Shown here: piece after piece, positions 27,673 through 36,949 of the stretch
How the letters are laid out: every line of letters starts with the position of its first letter
Position numbering within the stretch: the stretch's first letter is position 1
Assembly: GCA_900759045.1 (NCBI GenBank)
Contig: CAAETU010000048.1
Location: 10,888-74,887 of the forward strand
Direction of reading: 5' to 3'
Length of the DNA stretch: 64,000 nucleotides
Origin: an uncultured Collinsella sp.
GTDB lineage: Bacteria; Actinomycetota; Coriobacteriia; Coriobacteriales; Coriobacteriaceae
Program-made: the position numbers and the translations under genes
The notes under the pieces: generated by a model
Told to the model about the DNA's origin: nothing
The model's database searches: none
The model's input: the letters and a program-made list of their open reading frames with translations, nothing else

Positions 27673-27816
27673 ACCGCGCCGGCGTTTTTGGCGGTTGTGG
27701 TTGGAAAGGGAAGCATTGCCTGCACACACGACGACGGCGTGGCGGTGATCCCCATGGCGGCACTTGGGGCGTAGCGGTTTTGCGGGCGTGCCGTGCTTCC
27801 TTTACCGAAAATCCAT

Positions 27817-27845
27817 TTGGTAAACCAGATGCTCGCGGATAGAAT
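27817..27845 (+). promoter_or_regulatory. Sigma70-type promoter candidate TTGGTA-N17-TAGAAT
   Basis: Hexamers at 27817-27822 and 27840-27845. Confidence 0.5.
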
Positions 27846-28236
27846 AAAGTTGACGGCAGCCCAAGTGGTGAAGAGCTGGGCAGCGCCGTTGCTTGGTCAA
27901 GAGGTCAATGCCTTAATGGCAGCGACTTGTTATGCTTCGAATGCTGCTTGAGTGCCTCGGAAAGTTCGATAAGCGCCGTGAAGAGCGAGACCAAAGCAAC
28001 CAAGAGCTCTGTGAGCTCTGATGGGCCCGGGATGACCGCTGATTCAAGTCACCGGGCCTAAATCTTTTTCATGCATTTGTTGAGTAGAGCGGGCGACTCT
28101 CTTGGGGCGGTCTACATGGCGTGTGCCTGGCGCGCGTGGCATTGCGTCCCGCCTTCATGTCCGCACGGGCGCCTATCCTTACGGCAATGTAGCTGCCTGT
28201 GAAACAGGCGGCAGCTGACGGAGAAAGGCCCTCGCC

Positions 28237-28971
28237 GTGCCAGACAAAAAGACGCCGTGTATCTCGGCTATCGATACGACGAACTTTGCGCGCCAGATCG
28301 TGCTGGACTTTGAGTTTGCGCCGGTGCCAAAGCAGCGCCAGCGCCGTGGACTGCGCAATGAGATTATCGAGGTCGGTGCCGTCAAGCTCGATTACCACGG
28401 CAACGTTATGGGCGAGTTCTCGCAGTTTGTGCAGACGGAATTTACCGAAGGCGTTGCGTTCCCCGTCCGCGAGCTTACAGGGATATCGGCCGTGGACACC
28501 GCGATGGCCGACCCGCTCTACATGGTGATCAAAAGGCTCAACGATTGGATCGGTCACTACTCCGCCCAGGTGGTTTGCTGGAGCGGGGCAGATCGTCGAC
28601 AGCTTTTGACCGAGTGCCAAGCAAAGCACATCGATCTTTCCGCATTTCCTACGGACTGGGCCGACCTGCAGGCGTTTTACATCTGGATTATGGATGTGGG
28701 CAGCCACGGGTGTGTCTCTTTGAGTGACGCGGCGACGTGGTTTGGCATCGAGTTCGACGAGTCGACGGGTCACGCCCATGGTGCCCTGGCCGATGCGCGC
28801 GTGACCGCCAAGCTACTCAAGCAGGTGATGGACAGGGATTACCGCGTGAGCCCGCGCGCTCGGGAAGTTCGCCAGCGGTGGGGGATGGGCGAGCGACCCC
28901 AGACGCGCCTTTCCAGCAAGTGCCCCGAGCTGGGTGACCTGCTGCTGAAGCTGAAGGCGGAGGGGAGGTAG
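28237..28971 (+). CDS. DEDDh 3'-5' exonuclease (KapD/ERI-1-like)
   Basis: LDFEF, EIIEVGAV, LTGIS, WSGAD, DLQ, HGALADA. Confidence 0.88.
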   Translation: MPDKKTPCISAIDTTNFARQIVLDFEFAPVPKQRQRRGLRNEIIEVGAVKLDYHGNVMGEFSQFVQTEFTEGVAFPVRELTGISAVDTAMADPLYMVIKRLNDWIGHYSAQVVCWSGADRRQLLTECQAKHIDLSAFPTDWADLQAFYIWIMDVGSHGCVSLSDAATWFGIEFDESTGHAHGALADARVTAKLLKQVMDRDYRVSPRAREVRQRWGMGERPQTRLSSKCPELGDLLLKLKAEGR

Positions 28972-29162
28972 GCGGGGCTCCGGGAATGACCTCTGACTCA
29001 AGTCAACGGGGCTCATTTTGCTTTCTTTGGAGCTTTCTCACGGGGCTGACTTTACTTCGTCTCATTTCGTATAAAGCGGCTGCTAGATTGCATAGTGATG
29101 ATAAAATTAATCAACTCAACATCAATAGCTGTCGCTTTGCGCAATGAGGGGTTCCGAGACGT

Positions 29163-31493
29163 ATGAACGAGTCTGACACACGGCTTAAACTCATTGATCC
29201 TGCGATTATGGAGTCGTGGGATCGCAATACCCAAGTCTTCACTGAGTATTTCTTTACCAGTGGCGAGATCGTTGTGCGCGGAAGTATGGTCACCCGTAAA
29301 GACAAGAAGAAGGCTGACTACCTTCTGATGTATGCTCCGGGCATCCCTATCGCAATCGTCGAGGCTAAGGATACGGAGCACACCGTTGATGCCGGTCTCC
29401 AACAGGGGATGGGATATGCCCAGCTGCTCGATATTCCGTTTGCGTACAGCTCAAACGGAAAGGGTTTTGTTGAGCACGATTTTCTTACCGGGAAAGAGCG
29501 CACTCTTGCCATGGACGAGTTTCCCGCTCCGGCGGAACTTTGGACACGATACTCAAAAGCTAAGGGGCTTGAACATCCGTATAGCCAGGAGATTGTGACC
29601 GCTCCGTATTACCAGGAGCACGGCGGCAATCATCCTCGCTACTATCAGTGCATCGCCATCAATCGTACGCTTGAAGCTATTGCGCGAGGTAAGAATCGCA
29701 TCTTGCTCGTTATGGCAACGGGAACGGGAAAGACTTTTACGGCTTTTCAAATCGTTCATCGCTTGCGACAGACTACCGAGGTTCGTAAGGTTCTCTATCT
29801 GGCGGACCGCAATATTCTCGTCGATCAGACTATAGACGGCGATTTCAAGCCTCTCAAGAGGGTTACAACCAAGGTCGTAGGTCGAAAGCTCGATTCTGCT
29901 TACGAGGTCTATTTCTCGCTCTACCAACAGCTTGTTGGAGAAAACGGTGAAGAAATATTCCGCGAGTTCGACTCGGAATTCTTCGATTTGATTATCGTAG
30001 ACGAGTGCCATCGCGGAAGCGCCGCGGCGGACTCCGCATGGCGTAAAGTACTCGAGTATTTCAATTGCGCAATTCAAATCGGAATGACGGCCACGCCAAA
30101 GGAGACTGAAGAGGTTTCAAACATTACCTACTTCGGCGAACCTGTCTATACCTACTCCCTTAAACAGGGTATCGAGGATGGCTTTCTTGCCCCGTATAAA
30201 GTTATTCGCCCTAAGCTGAACGTCGACATTTACGGATACCGTACTGAGGAAGGCGCCGTGGATGATCGCGGCGAAACTCTGCCCAAACGTGTTTTCGAGA
30301 AGCAGGACTTCGACAGCGAGATCGTCATCAAAGAGCGCTACGAGGAAGTTGCCAAGCGGATAACTCAATTTCTAAAGGAGACGGATCGTTACTCCAAGAC
30401 CATAGTCTTTTGCGTTGACATCGAGCATGCCGAAAACATGCGACGTGCCCTTGTAAACGAGAACGCCGATATCGTAAGAGATCACCCCACCTACATCATG
30501 AAGATTACGGGTGACGACAGGGAAGGTAAGGCTCAGTTAGATAACTTCATCGACCCCGACGAGAAATACCCGACCATCGTTACGACTTCGAAGCTTCTCA
30601 CCACTGGCGTTAATTGCAAGACGTGTAAGGTAGTCGTGCTCGACAACAAGTTCGGTGAGCACGGAATGACGGAGTTCAAGCAGATTATCGGCCGCGGAAC
30701 CCGTATCTGTGAGGACTACGACAAACTCTATTTCACTATCCTCGATTTTCGTGACGCATCGCGTTTGTTCGCAGATCCCGAGTTCGATGGTGAGCCTGTT
30801 GTTGTGTTTGAGCCTAATCCGGGTGACCCCATTGCGGACCCGGGTCCCGGCGGCAATGGCGGCAGCCCCGTCCCGCCTCCGCCTCCGATCGTAGACCCAC
30901 CCGTATTACCGCCGGACGATCCGTCCTCCCATGTGAAATATCACGTTCATGGGGCCGACGTCTATGTAGTGTCGGAGATGGTGCAGTATTACTCCTCCGA
31001 TGGCCTTCTTGTAACTGAGAGCCTTAAGGACTATACGCGAAAAAACATCCTTGGCGAATACGACACTCTTGACCACTTCCTAGCGGCGTGGAACTCTGAA
31101 CATAAAAAGCAAGCGATTATCGATGAGCTGCGCGCACGTGGCGTATTCCTGGATGAGCTGCGGCTCGAGACTGGACAGGAGCAAATGAGCGACTTTGACC
31201 TCATTTGCCATATTGCTTACGACCAGAGACCTCTTACGCGCAGCGAGAGAGCCAATAGCGTCAAGAAGAAGGGCGTGCTTTATGAGTATGCCGGCGTCGC
31301 GCGCGAGGTCCTTGAAGCACTTCTCGATAAATATGCGACGTCGAACCTCGTAGACTTGGACGATACCCATGTCCTCGACCTCGAAGAATTCCGTCGGTTT
31401 GGCAGCCCAATGAAGATCGTCGCCGCATTCGGCGGCAAACAACAGTACATTCAGGCAGCGCAGATGCTCGAGGACGAGCTCTATATCGCATAG
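29163..31493 (+). CDS. hsdR: Type I restriction enzyme R subunit (EcoAI/EcoEI-like)
   Basis: ADY...VEAK nuclease, MATGTGKT, DECHRG, GMTATP, QIIGRGTR. Confidence 0.95.
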   Translation: MNESDTRLKLIDPAIMESWDRNTQVFTEYFFTSGEIVVRGSMVTRKDKKKADYLLMYAPGIPIAIVEAKDTEHTVDAGLQQGMGYAQLLDIPFAYSSNGKGFVEHDFLTGKERTLAMDEFPAPAELWTRYSKAKGLEHPYSQEIVTAPYYQEHGGNHPRYYQCIAINRTLEAIARGKNRILLVMATGTGKTFTAFQIVHRLRQTTEVRKVLYLADRNILVDQTIDGDFKPLKRVTTKVVGRKLDSAYEVYFSLYQQLVGENGEEIFREFDSEFFDLIIVDECHRGSAAADSAWRKVLEYFNCAIQIGMTATPKETEEVSNITYFGEPVYTYSLKQGIEDGFLAPYKVIRPKLNVDIYGYRTEEGAVDDRGETLPKRVFEKQDFDSEIVIKERYEEVAKRITQFLKETDRYSKTIVFCVDIEHAENMRRALVNENADIVRDHPTYIMKITGDDREGKAQLDNFIDPDEKYPTIVTTSKLLTTGVNCKTCKVVVLDNKFGEHGMTEFKQIIGRGTRICEDYDKLYFTILDFRDASRLFADPEFDGEPVVVFEPNPGDPIADPGPGGNGGSPVPPPPPIVDPPVLPPDDPSSHVKYHVHGADVYVVSEMVQYYSSDGLLVTESLKDYTRKNILGEYDTLDHFLAAWNSEHKKQAIIDELRARGVFLDELRLETGQEQMSDFDLICHIAYDQRPLTRSERANSVKKKGVLYEYAGVAREVLEALLDKYATSNLVDLDDTHVLDLEEFRRFGSPMKIVAAFGGKQQYIQAAQMLEDELYIA

Positions 31494-31512
31494 AGAAAGG
31501 TAACGATAGCAA

Positions 31513-32991
31513 ATGGCACTGGGATCTCTTGTAAAGACCCTGCAGAACATCATGCGTAAAGACGCCGGCATCAATGGCGATGCACAGCGCATTGAGCAAA
31601 TGACCTGGCTTTTCTTCCTCAAGATCTACGATGCTAAGGAGCAGGAGTGGGAGTTTCACGATGACTCCTATCAATCCATCATCCCCGAGCGTCTGCGCTG
31701 GCACAGCTGGGCGCATGATGCGAAGGACGGCAAGGCGCTTACCGGCGATGAGCTCCTCGATTTTGTAAACAACGATCTCTTCAAGACTCTCGAGAGCTTA
31801 GAGCTTGCACCTGAGGCACCCCTGTGTCACGTCGTCGTTAAGGCGGCCTTTACTGACGCTAACAACTACATGAAAGATGGCATCCTGCTTCGTCAGGTCG
31901 TCAATGAGATTGACGAGGCGGTTGACTTTACCGAGTACAAAGAGCGCCACGCTTTCGGCGAAATTTACGAGACCATCCTTAAAGACTTGCAGTCCGCGGG
32001 CAATGCCGGTGAGTTTTACACGCCCCGAGCGGTGACCGACTTTATGGCCCGAGCACTTGCGCCCAAGCTCGGTGAGACCGTGGCTGACTTTGCTTGCGGC
32101 ACAGGCGGCTTTTTGACGAGCGCCCTCAACATCCTCCGCGACCAGATAGAGACTCCGGCTGATCGCGTGGCCTACACGAGCTCGGTTTATGGCATCGAGA
32201 AGAAACAACTGCCCTATCTGTTGTGCATAACCAACATGCTGCTACACGACATCGACAACCCCAAGGTCTTTCACGATAACTCGCTTGAAAAAGATGTTCG
32301 CGAATGGAAGCACAAGCCTGATGGCCAGTTTGATGTCGTACTCATGAATCCCCCCTATGGAGGATCTGAAAGCGCGTCAGTGCAAAACAACTTCCCTGTT
32401 GCGCTCCGTAGCTCCGAAACTGCGGATCTATTCCTTGGACTCATCCTTTATCGTCTTAAGCGAGGCGGCCGCGCTGCTGTCATCATTCCGGATGGCTTTC
32501 TCTTTGGCCAGGATAGCGCGAAGACGGAGATTAAGCGTCGCCTGCTTGAGGATATGAACCTGCATACTGTTTTGCGCCTTCCGCAGAGCGTTTTCGCTCC
32601 CTACACGAGCATCACTACCAACGTTCTGTTCTTCGATAATTCCGGGGCTTCTGAGGGCGTCTGGTTCTATCGCATGGATATGCCCGAGGGATATAAGCAC
32701 TTTTCTAAGACTAAGCCCATTAGGCTCGAACATTTTGCACCTGTAAAGGAATGGTGGGAGAACCGTCGAGATATCGAGGAAGATGGTAATCCCAAGGCAA
32801 AGTTCTATACAGTCGACGAGTTGCGAGACGGCGGCTTCAATCTTGATTTGTGTGGCTATCCACACGAGGAAGAAGAGATTTTGCCGCCCGACGAGCTGAT
32901 TAGGAGCTACAAAGAAGAGCGCGCTAAGCTCGACGCCGAGATTGACCAGAAGTTGGCTCGAATTTGCGAGATTCTTGGGATTGAGGCGTAG
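31513..32991 (+). CDS. hsdM: Type I R-M m6A methyltransferase
   Basis: GEFYTPR, DFACGTGGFL, NPPY. Confidence 0.96.
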   Translation: MALGSLVKTLQNIMRKDAGINGDAQRIEQMTWLFFLKIYDAKEQEWEFHDDSYQSIIPERLRWHSWAHDAKDGKALTGDELLDFVNNDLFKTLESLELAPEAPLCHVVVKAAFTDANNYMKDGILLRQVVNEIDEAVDFTEYKERHAFGEIYETILKDLQSAGNAGEFYTPRAVTDFMARALAPKLGETVADFACGTGGFLTSALNILRDQIETPADRVAYTSSVYGIEKKQLPYLLCITNMLLHDIDNPKVFHDNSLEKDVREWKHKPDGQFDVVLMNPPYGGSESASVQNNFPVALRSSETADLFLGLILYRLKRGGRAAVIIPDGFLFGQDSAKTEIKRRLLEDMNLHTVLRLPQSVFAPYTSITTNVLFFDNSGASEGVWFYRMDMPEGYKHFSKTKPIRLEHFAPVKEWWENRRDIEEDGNPKAKFYTVDELRDGGFNLDLCGYPHEEEEILPPDELIRSYKEERAKLDAEIDQKLARICEILGIEA

Positions 32992-34557
32992 ATGAAGGCA
33001 AAAGACCTGAAGAACTCAATTCTGCAAATGGCGGTCGAGGGCAAGCTTGTGCCGCAGGATCCGAACGACGAGCCTGCCAGCGTCCTTCTCGAACGCATCC
33101 GTGAAGAGAGGCATAAGCTTATCGCTGAGGGTAAGGCCAAGTTCTCTAAAGGCGGGGAGAGCATTATCTATATCGGTTCCGATGGCTCCCCCTATGAGAA
33201 GAGGGTGGATGCCAAGGGTCGCGTGACTAGCGATAAGTGCATCGCGAACGAAGTGCCGTTTGAGGAACTGCCCGAGGGGTGGGCTTGGGCAAGGCTAGAA
33301 GATTGCTGCAACGCCATTGTTGACTGCCCCCACTCAACGCCTAGCTATCTCGCCGTTGAAACAGGCTACTCGGCGATTGATACAAATTGCATGGATGATA
33401 ACTGGCACCTAACGGGATTGCGTTCATTGTCGCGGGAATCCTATGAGAAAAGGACGAAGCGATATGTTCCGCAAGCTGGCGACATTATTTTTTCTCGTGA
33501 GGGCTCGATTGGACGCTCGGTTATTCTGCATGAAGGAAATACCTGCCTTGGCCAGCGAGTGATGCTTCTCAGCTGTAACGAAGTGCTGTTGTTTAATAAG
33601 TACTGTCAAGTCGCGCTTTCCTCGCCTTATGCATGGAGGCTATATCGTGCTGCAAATATCGGAACGGGCGTAAAGCACATCAATGTTTCAATGATTAAGA
33701 CGCTGCTTCTCCCCCTCCCGCCCCTCGCCGAGCAGCGCCGCATCGTCGAGCGCGTCGGCGAGCTCATGCCCCTGGTCGAGGAGTACGGCGGGCTCGAGGA
33801 CGCCCGCGAGGCGCTCGACGCCGCGCTGCCCGGCCGCCTGCGCAAATCCGTGCTGCAGCTGGCGGTGCGGGGCGGGCTGGTGCCCCAGGACCCCGCAGAC
33901 GAGCCCGCGAGCACCCTGCTCGAGCGCATTCGCGGGCAGCGCCGAGAGCTCGTCGCCGAGAAGAAGATGAAGGCTCCGAAGGGCGGCGAGTCGATCATCT
34001 TCGCCGGTTCCGATGGCCGCCGCTATGAGAAGAGGGTGGACGCAAAGGGCCGCGAGTCCGAGCCAGTCTGCATCGAGGACGAGATCCCGTTCGAGACACC
34101 CGAGGGCTGGGAGTGGGCGAGACTGGGGTCGGTTTTCTCTATGCAGGCTGGCAAGAATATCAAGGCATCACTTTTGTCTGATATTCAGACTGAAAACACT
34201 CCATATCCTTGTTTTGGGGGAAATGGGGTCCGTGGCTTTGTTGCTAAACCCAACGCAAGTGGCGATTTTCCAATAATCGGGCGTCAAGGTGCCCTTTGCG
34301 GGAATGTAAGACGAGCATCCGGTGACTTCTATGCGACGGAGCATGCGGTCATTGTCCGTTGCTTTCTTGACGCGAATATTGCATGGGCCTGTTTGTTTCT
34401 AAACGCGCTTAATTTGAACCAGTATGCAACTGCGACAGCACAGCCGGGGCTGGCCGTATCCAAGATATCCGAAGTCTTGATTCCCATTCCGCCCCTGGCC
34501 GAACAGCGCCGAATTGTCGAGCGTTTCGACATGTTGGAGCCACTCGTTACCAATTAA
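32992..34557 (+). CDS. hsdS: Type I R-M specificity subunit (expressed copy)
   Basis: Two TRDs, LPEGWAWARL / PEGWEWARL, PPLAEQRRIV twice. Confidence 0.95.
   Translation: MKAKDLKNSILQMAVEGKLVPQDPNDEPASVLLERIREERHKLIAEGKAKFSKGGESIIYIGSDGSPYEKRVDAKGRVTSDKCIANEVPFEELPEGWAWARLEDCCNAIVDCPHSTPSYLAVETGYSAIDTNCMDDNWHLTGLRSLSRESYEKRTKRYVPQAGDIIFSREGSIGRSVILHEGNTCLGQRVMLLSCNEVLLFNKYCQVALSSPYAWRLYRAANIGTGVKHINVSMIKTLLLPLPPLAEQRRIVERVGELMPLVEEYGGLEDAREALDAALPGRLRKSVLQLAVRGGLVPQDPADEPASTLLERIRGQRRELVAEKKMKAPKGGESIIFAGSDGRRYEKRVDAKGRESEPVCIEDEIPFETPEGWEWARLGSVFSMQAGKNIKASLLSDIQTENTPYPCFGGNGVRGFVAKPNASGDFPIIGRQGALCGNVRRASGDFYATEHAVIVRCFLDANIAWACLFLNALNLNQYATATAQPGLAVSKISEVLIPIPPLAEQRRIVERFDMLEPLVTN
33172..33296. 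repeat. Inverted repeat IR1 (125 bp), partner at 36670-36794
   Basis: Three mismatches by manual alignment. Confidence 0.9.
33718..34130. repeat. Inverted repeat IR2 (413 bp, central conserved region of hsdS), partner at 35839-36251
   Basis: Same length, high identity, GC-rich compared with the AT-richer TRDs. Confidence 0.88.
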
Positions 34558-35341
34558 TTGCCTTATTAACTGCGGCGCGCTGTTCATTGGCGGTGCGCCG
34601 CAGATAGATTCGTGTCGTCTCGATGCTCTCGTGCCCCATTAGGTCAGCGAGCAGCGAAATGTCTGGATTACGTTCGATAAAGTTCTTTGCGAATAGGTGC
34701 CTAAACGAATGGGGATAAACGACGTCTTGGTCGACGCCATAGCGTAAGGCCGCTCGTTTCAGCCCCATAGATATTCCACGCGAAGTGATCGCGTTGTCGT
34801 TTTTGCCTGGAAACAGAAGACCGTTCATTGAACCGGCTTTCCATGTAATACTTTCCTGGCGCAAAGAGTCAGGAATCCAAATCCTCCTGAGCTTTTGGCC
34901 TTTTGAAACGATGTCCATATATCCAGCGATTACGTGTTCCACTTTAAACTGTCTTAGTTCACTTACTCGCGCACCGGTACATCCAAGAAAGCGGACAATA
35001 AAATACCAAAACCAGTCACCGTCTTGTTTCAGACCATCGATTAACTGAACGTACTGTTCGTTACTGATGACATTGTCGAGAAATGGTTTCTGCTGAATTC
35101 GTACTCCCCTTAGTCTTATCCCGTCGAATGCGATGTAATCCAAGTAGACGTTGATAGCTCCGATTCGGTTGTTTGCGGTCTTCGGTGCAAACGAGGAAAC
35201 CAGCCACTCCTTGTGGTTAAGGAGCGACTGATTTGTGAGTTGTGCTACCTTTTCGAGAAGTTGTTCGCTTGCGAACACGTATGATTCAACAGTGTTTTGT
35301 GCGTAACCTTTTTCCTGGAGATATCGAGCAAATGACTTCAT
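34547..35341 (-). CDS. Tyrosine recombinase (probable hsdS invertase)
   Basis: TGARVSEL, KGQKLR, YPHSFRHLFA, LMGHESIETTRIY; ATG 35341 after AAGGAAGG. Confidence 0.93.
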   Translation of the reverse strand: MKSFARYLQEKGYAQNTVESYVFASEQLLEKVAQLTNQSLLNHKEWLVSSFAPKTANNRIGAINVYLDYIAFDGIRLRGVRIQQKPFLDNVISNEQYVQLIDGLKQDGDWFWYFIVRFLGCTGARVSELRQFKVEHVIAGYMDIVSKGQKLRRIWIPDSLRQESITWKAGSMNGLLFPGKNDNAITSRGISMGLKRAALRYGVDQDVVYPHSFRHLFAKNFIERNPDISLLADLMGHESIETTRIYLRRTANEQRAAVNKAINW

Positions 35342-35375
35342 GGCACCTTCCTTTCGTTGGGTGCCATGAAAACAG

Positions 35376-36794
35376 CTAAAGTGCGTTTGCTGTATAAGTC
35401 CTAAAAACTGCAACGATACGACGTTGCTCAGCCAGTGGCGGTACAGCAACGAGCCAACGTTTTCCGTCGTCGATTCCAAGCCTCGGCATTTTTACTCCAT
35501 ATGAGCACCCTTTGGCGTACTTAACAAAATCAGGTTCCATAAGCACTAGCTGCGCATATTCGTTGCTGAATCCAAGAAAATTCAGCGGCAGAATTTCGGA
35601 GCTGCAGACCCCATCTTCATCAGCAATTACTACCTTGTTAAGGTATGGACGTAATTTGCTATATAGAACCGATCCAGAAGCAAAGACGTGCTTGGTGCTG
35701 CCGCTTTCCCCTTTGACCTTGCGCTTTTTTCGCACAATACTTCCTGAATCCTTTTCAATATCTTCAAGGTCGAGGTTCCAAGCGCCTTCGGCAGCGTCCT
35801 TGTAGTCGATATTCCGACACGCACCAAAGTCACATAGGGACCCCAGTCTCGCCCACTCCCAGCCCTCGGGTATCTCGAACGGGATCTCGTCGTCGATGCA
35901 GACGGGCTCGGACTCGCGGCCCCTGGCGTCAACCCTCTTCTCATAGCGGCGGCCATCGGAACCGGCGAAGATGATCGACTCGCCGCCCTTCGGGGCCTTC
36001 ATCCTCCCCTCGGCCACGAGCTGCCGGCGCTGCCCGCGGATGCGCTCGAGCAGGGCGCCGACGGGCTCGTCGGCCGGGTCCTGCGGCGCCAGCCCTCCCC
36101 GCACCGCCAGCTGCAGCACCGACTTCCGCAGGCGGCCGGGCAGAGCGGCGTCCAGCGCCTCGCGGGCGTCCTCGAGCACGCCGTACTCCTCGACCAGGGG
36201 CATGAGCTCGTTCACCCGCTCGACGATGCGGCGCTGCTCGGCGAGAGGCGGAATCGGAAGAAATAGCTCTTTTAGCACTGCTGTTTTGATTCCTTTTGCG
36301 GTCGTCCCCGTGGCATGATCCTTAACTTGAATTTGGAACAGTGGAGATAGAATTATTTGGCAGAACAGGGCATTGTCTGGACCAACTGTGCCGTAATTCT
36401 GAAGGGTAATGACACGCTGTCCACAGCTGCAACGTTTCATTTCGCATATCGCGCAATACCCCATCGGGGCTTCGGTTGTAAACAGCAAATCGCCACGGTG
36501 GGTCTCTCCGCGAGACAAGCGTGTTGCATATTCGTCTTCTGAAATATACTCCTCGCGTGTGTAATCAATATAGCCTTGGCGAATGTTGCTCGCAGTCATT
36601 AGTCGAACACCTGAAGGTGATTTGTGAGGTGTTTTACCCCTGTAATCAATGAAGTTATATACGGTTTCCAGCCTTGCCCAAGCCCACCCCTCGGGCAGCT
36701 CCTCAAACGGCGCTTCGTTCGCGATGCACTTATCGCTAGTCACGCGACCCTTGGCATCCACCTTCTTCTCATAGGGGGAGCCATCGGAACCGAT
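35376..36794 (-). CDS. hsdS: Silent inverted hsdS cassette (two alternative TRDs, lacks the N-terminus)
   Basis: Homology to the expressed hsdS starts abruptly at IGSDGSPYEK; the first ~60 codons are absent. Confidence 0.88.
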   Translation of the reverse strand: MGSDGSPYEKKVDAKGRVTSDKCIANEAPFEELPEGWAWARLETVYNFIDYRGKTPHKSPSGVRLMTASNIRQGYIDYTREEYISEDEYATRLSRGETHRGDLLFTTEAPMGYCAICEMKRCSCGQRVITLQNYGTVGPDNALFCQIILSPLFQIQVKDHATGTTAKGIKTAVLKELFLPIPPLAEQRRIVERVNELMPLVEEYGVLEDAREALDAALPGRLRKSVLQLAVRGGLAPQDPADEPVGALLERIRGQRRQLVAEGRMKAPKGGESIIFAGSDGRRYEKRVDARGRESEPVCIDDEIPFEIPEGWEWARLGSLCDFGACRNIDYKDAAEGAWNLDLEDIEKDSGSIVRKKRKVKGESGSTKHVFASGSVLYSKLRPYLNKVVIADEDGVCSSEILPLNFLGFSNEYAQLVLMEPDFVKYAKGCSYGVKMPRLGIDDGKRWLVAVPPLAEQRRIVAVFRTYTANAL

Positions 36795-36949
36795 CAGACG
36801 TTCAATTGTGTTCGCAGCAAGCATTGTAAAATCTAGTGATATGAGCATCCCGGTTGCTTCTGCGCTTCGATGCTCTCGTCTTTAGCGCCCTCCGTTCGGT
36901 GGAGGACTGACGGTAGGTGACGTAAAACAAGAAAAGGGAGCAAACGCAA

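Noticed and set aside
27855..27895. tRNA-like start GGCAGCCCAAGTGGT
   Set aside because: No anticodon arm, T-loop GTTCRA at the right spacing or acceptor pairing.
30835..30925. Pro/Gly-rich stretch in hsdR as an insertion or slippage tract
   Set aside because: In frame, with no homopolymer or tandem unit; consistent with a flexible linker before the C-terminal domain.
34547..35341. Tyrosine recombinase as a prophage/ICE integrase for the 45-kb island
   Set aside because: It is short, sits between inverted hsdS copies far from the island edges, and no att sites, phage or conjugation genes are seen.
35376..36848. Second hsdS as an independently expressed 490-aa gene
   Set aside because: The predicted N-terminal residues are non-homologous, the conserved start region is missing and there is no clear RBS; it is better read as a silent cassette.
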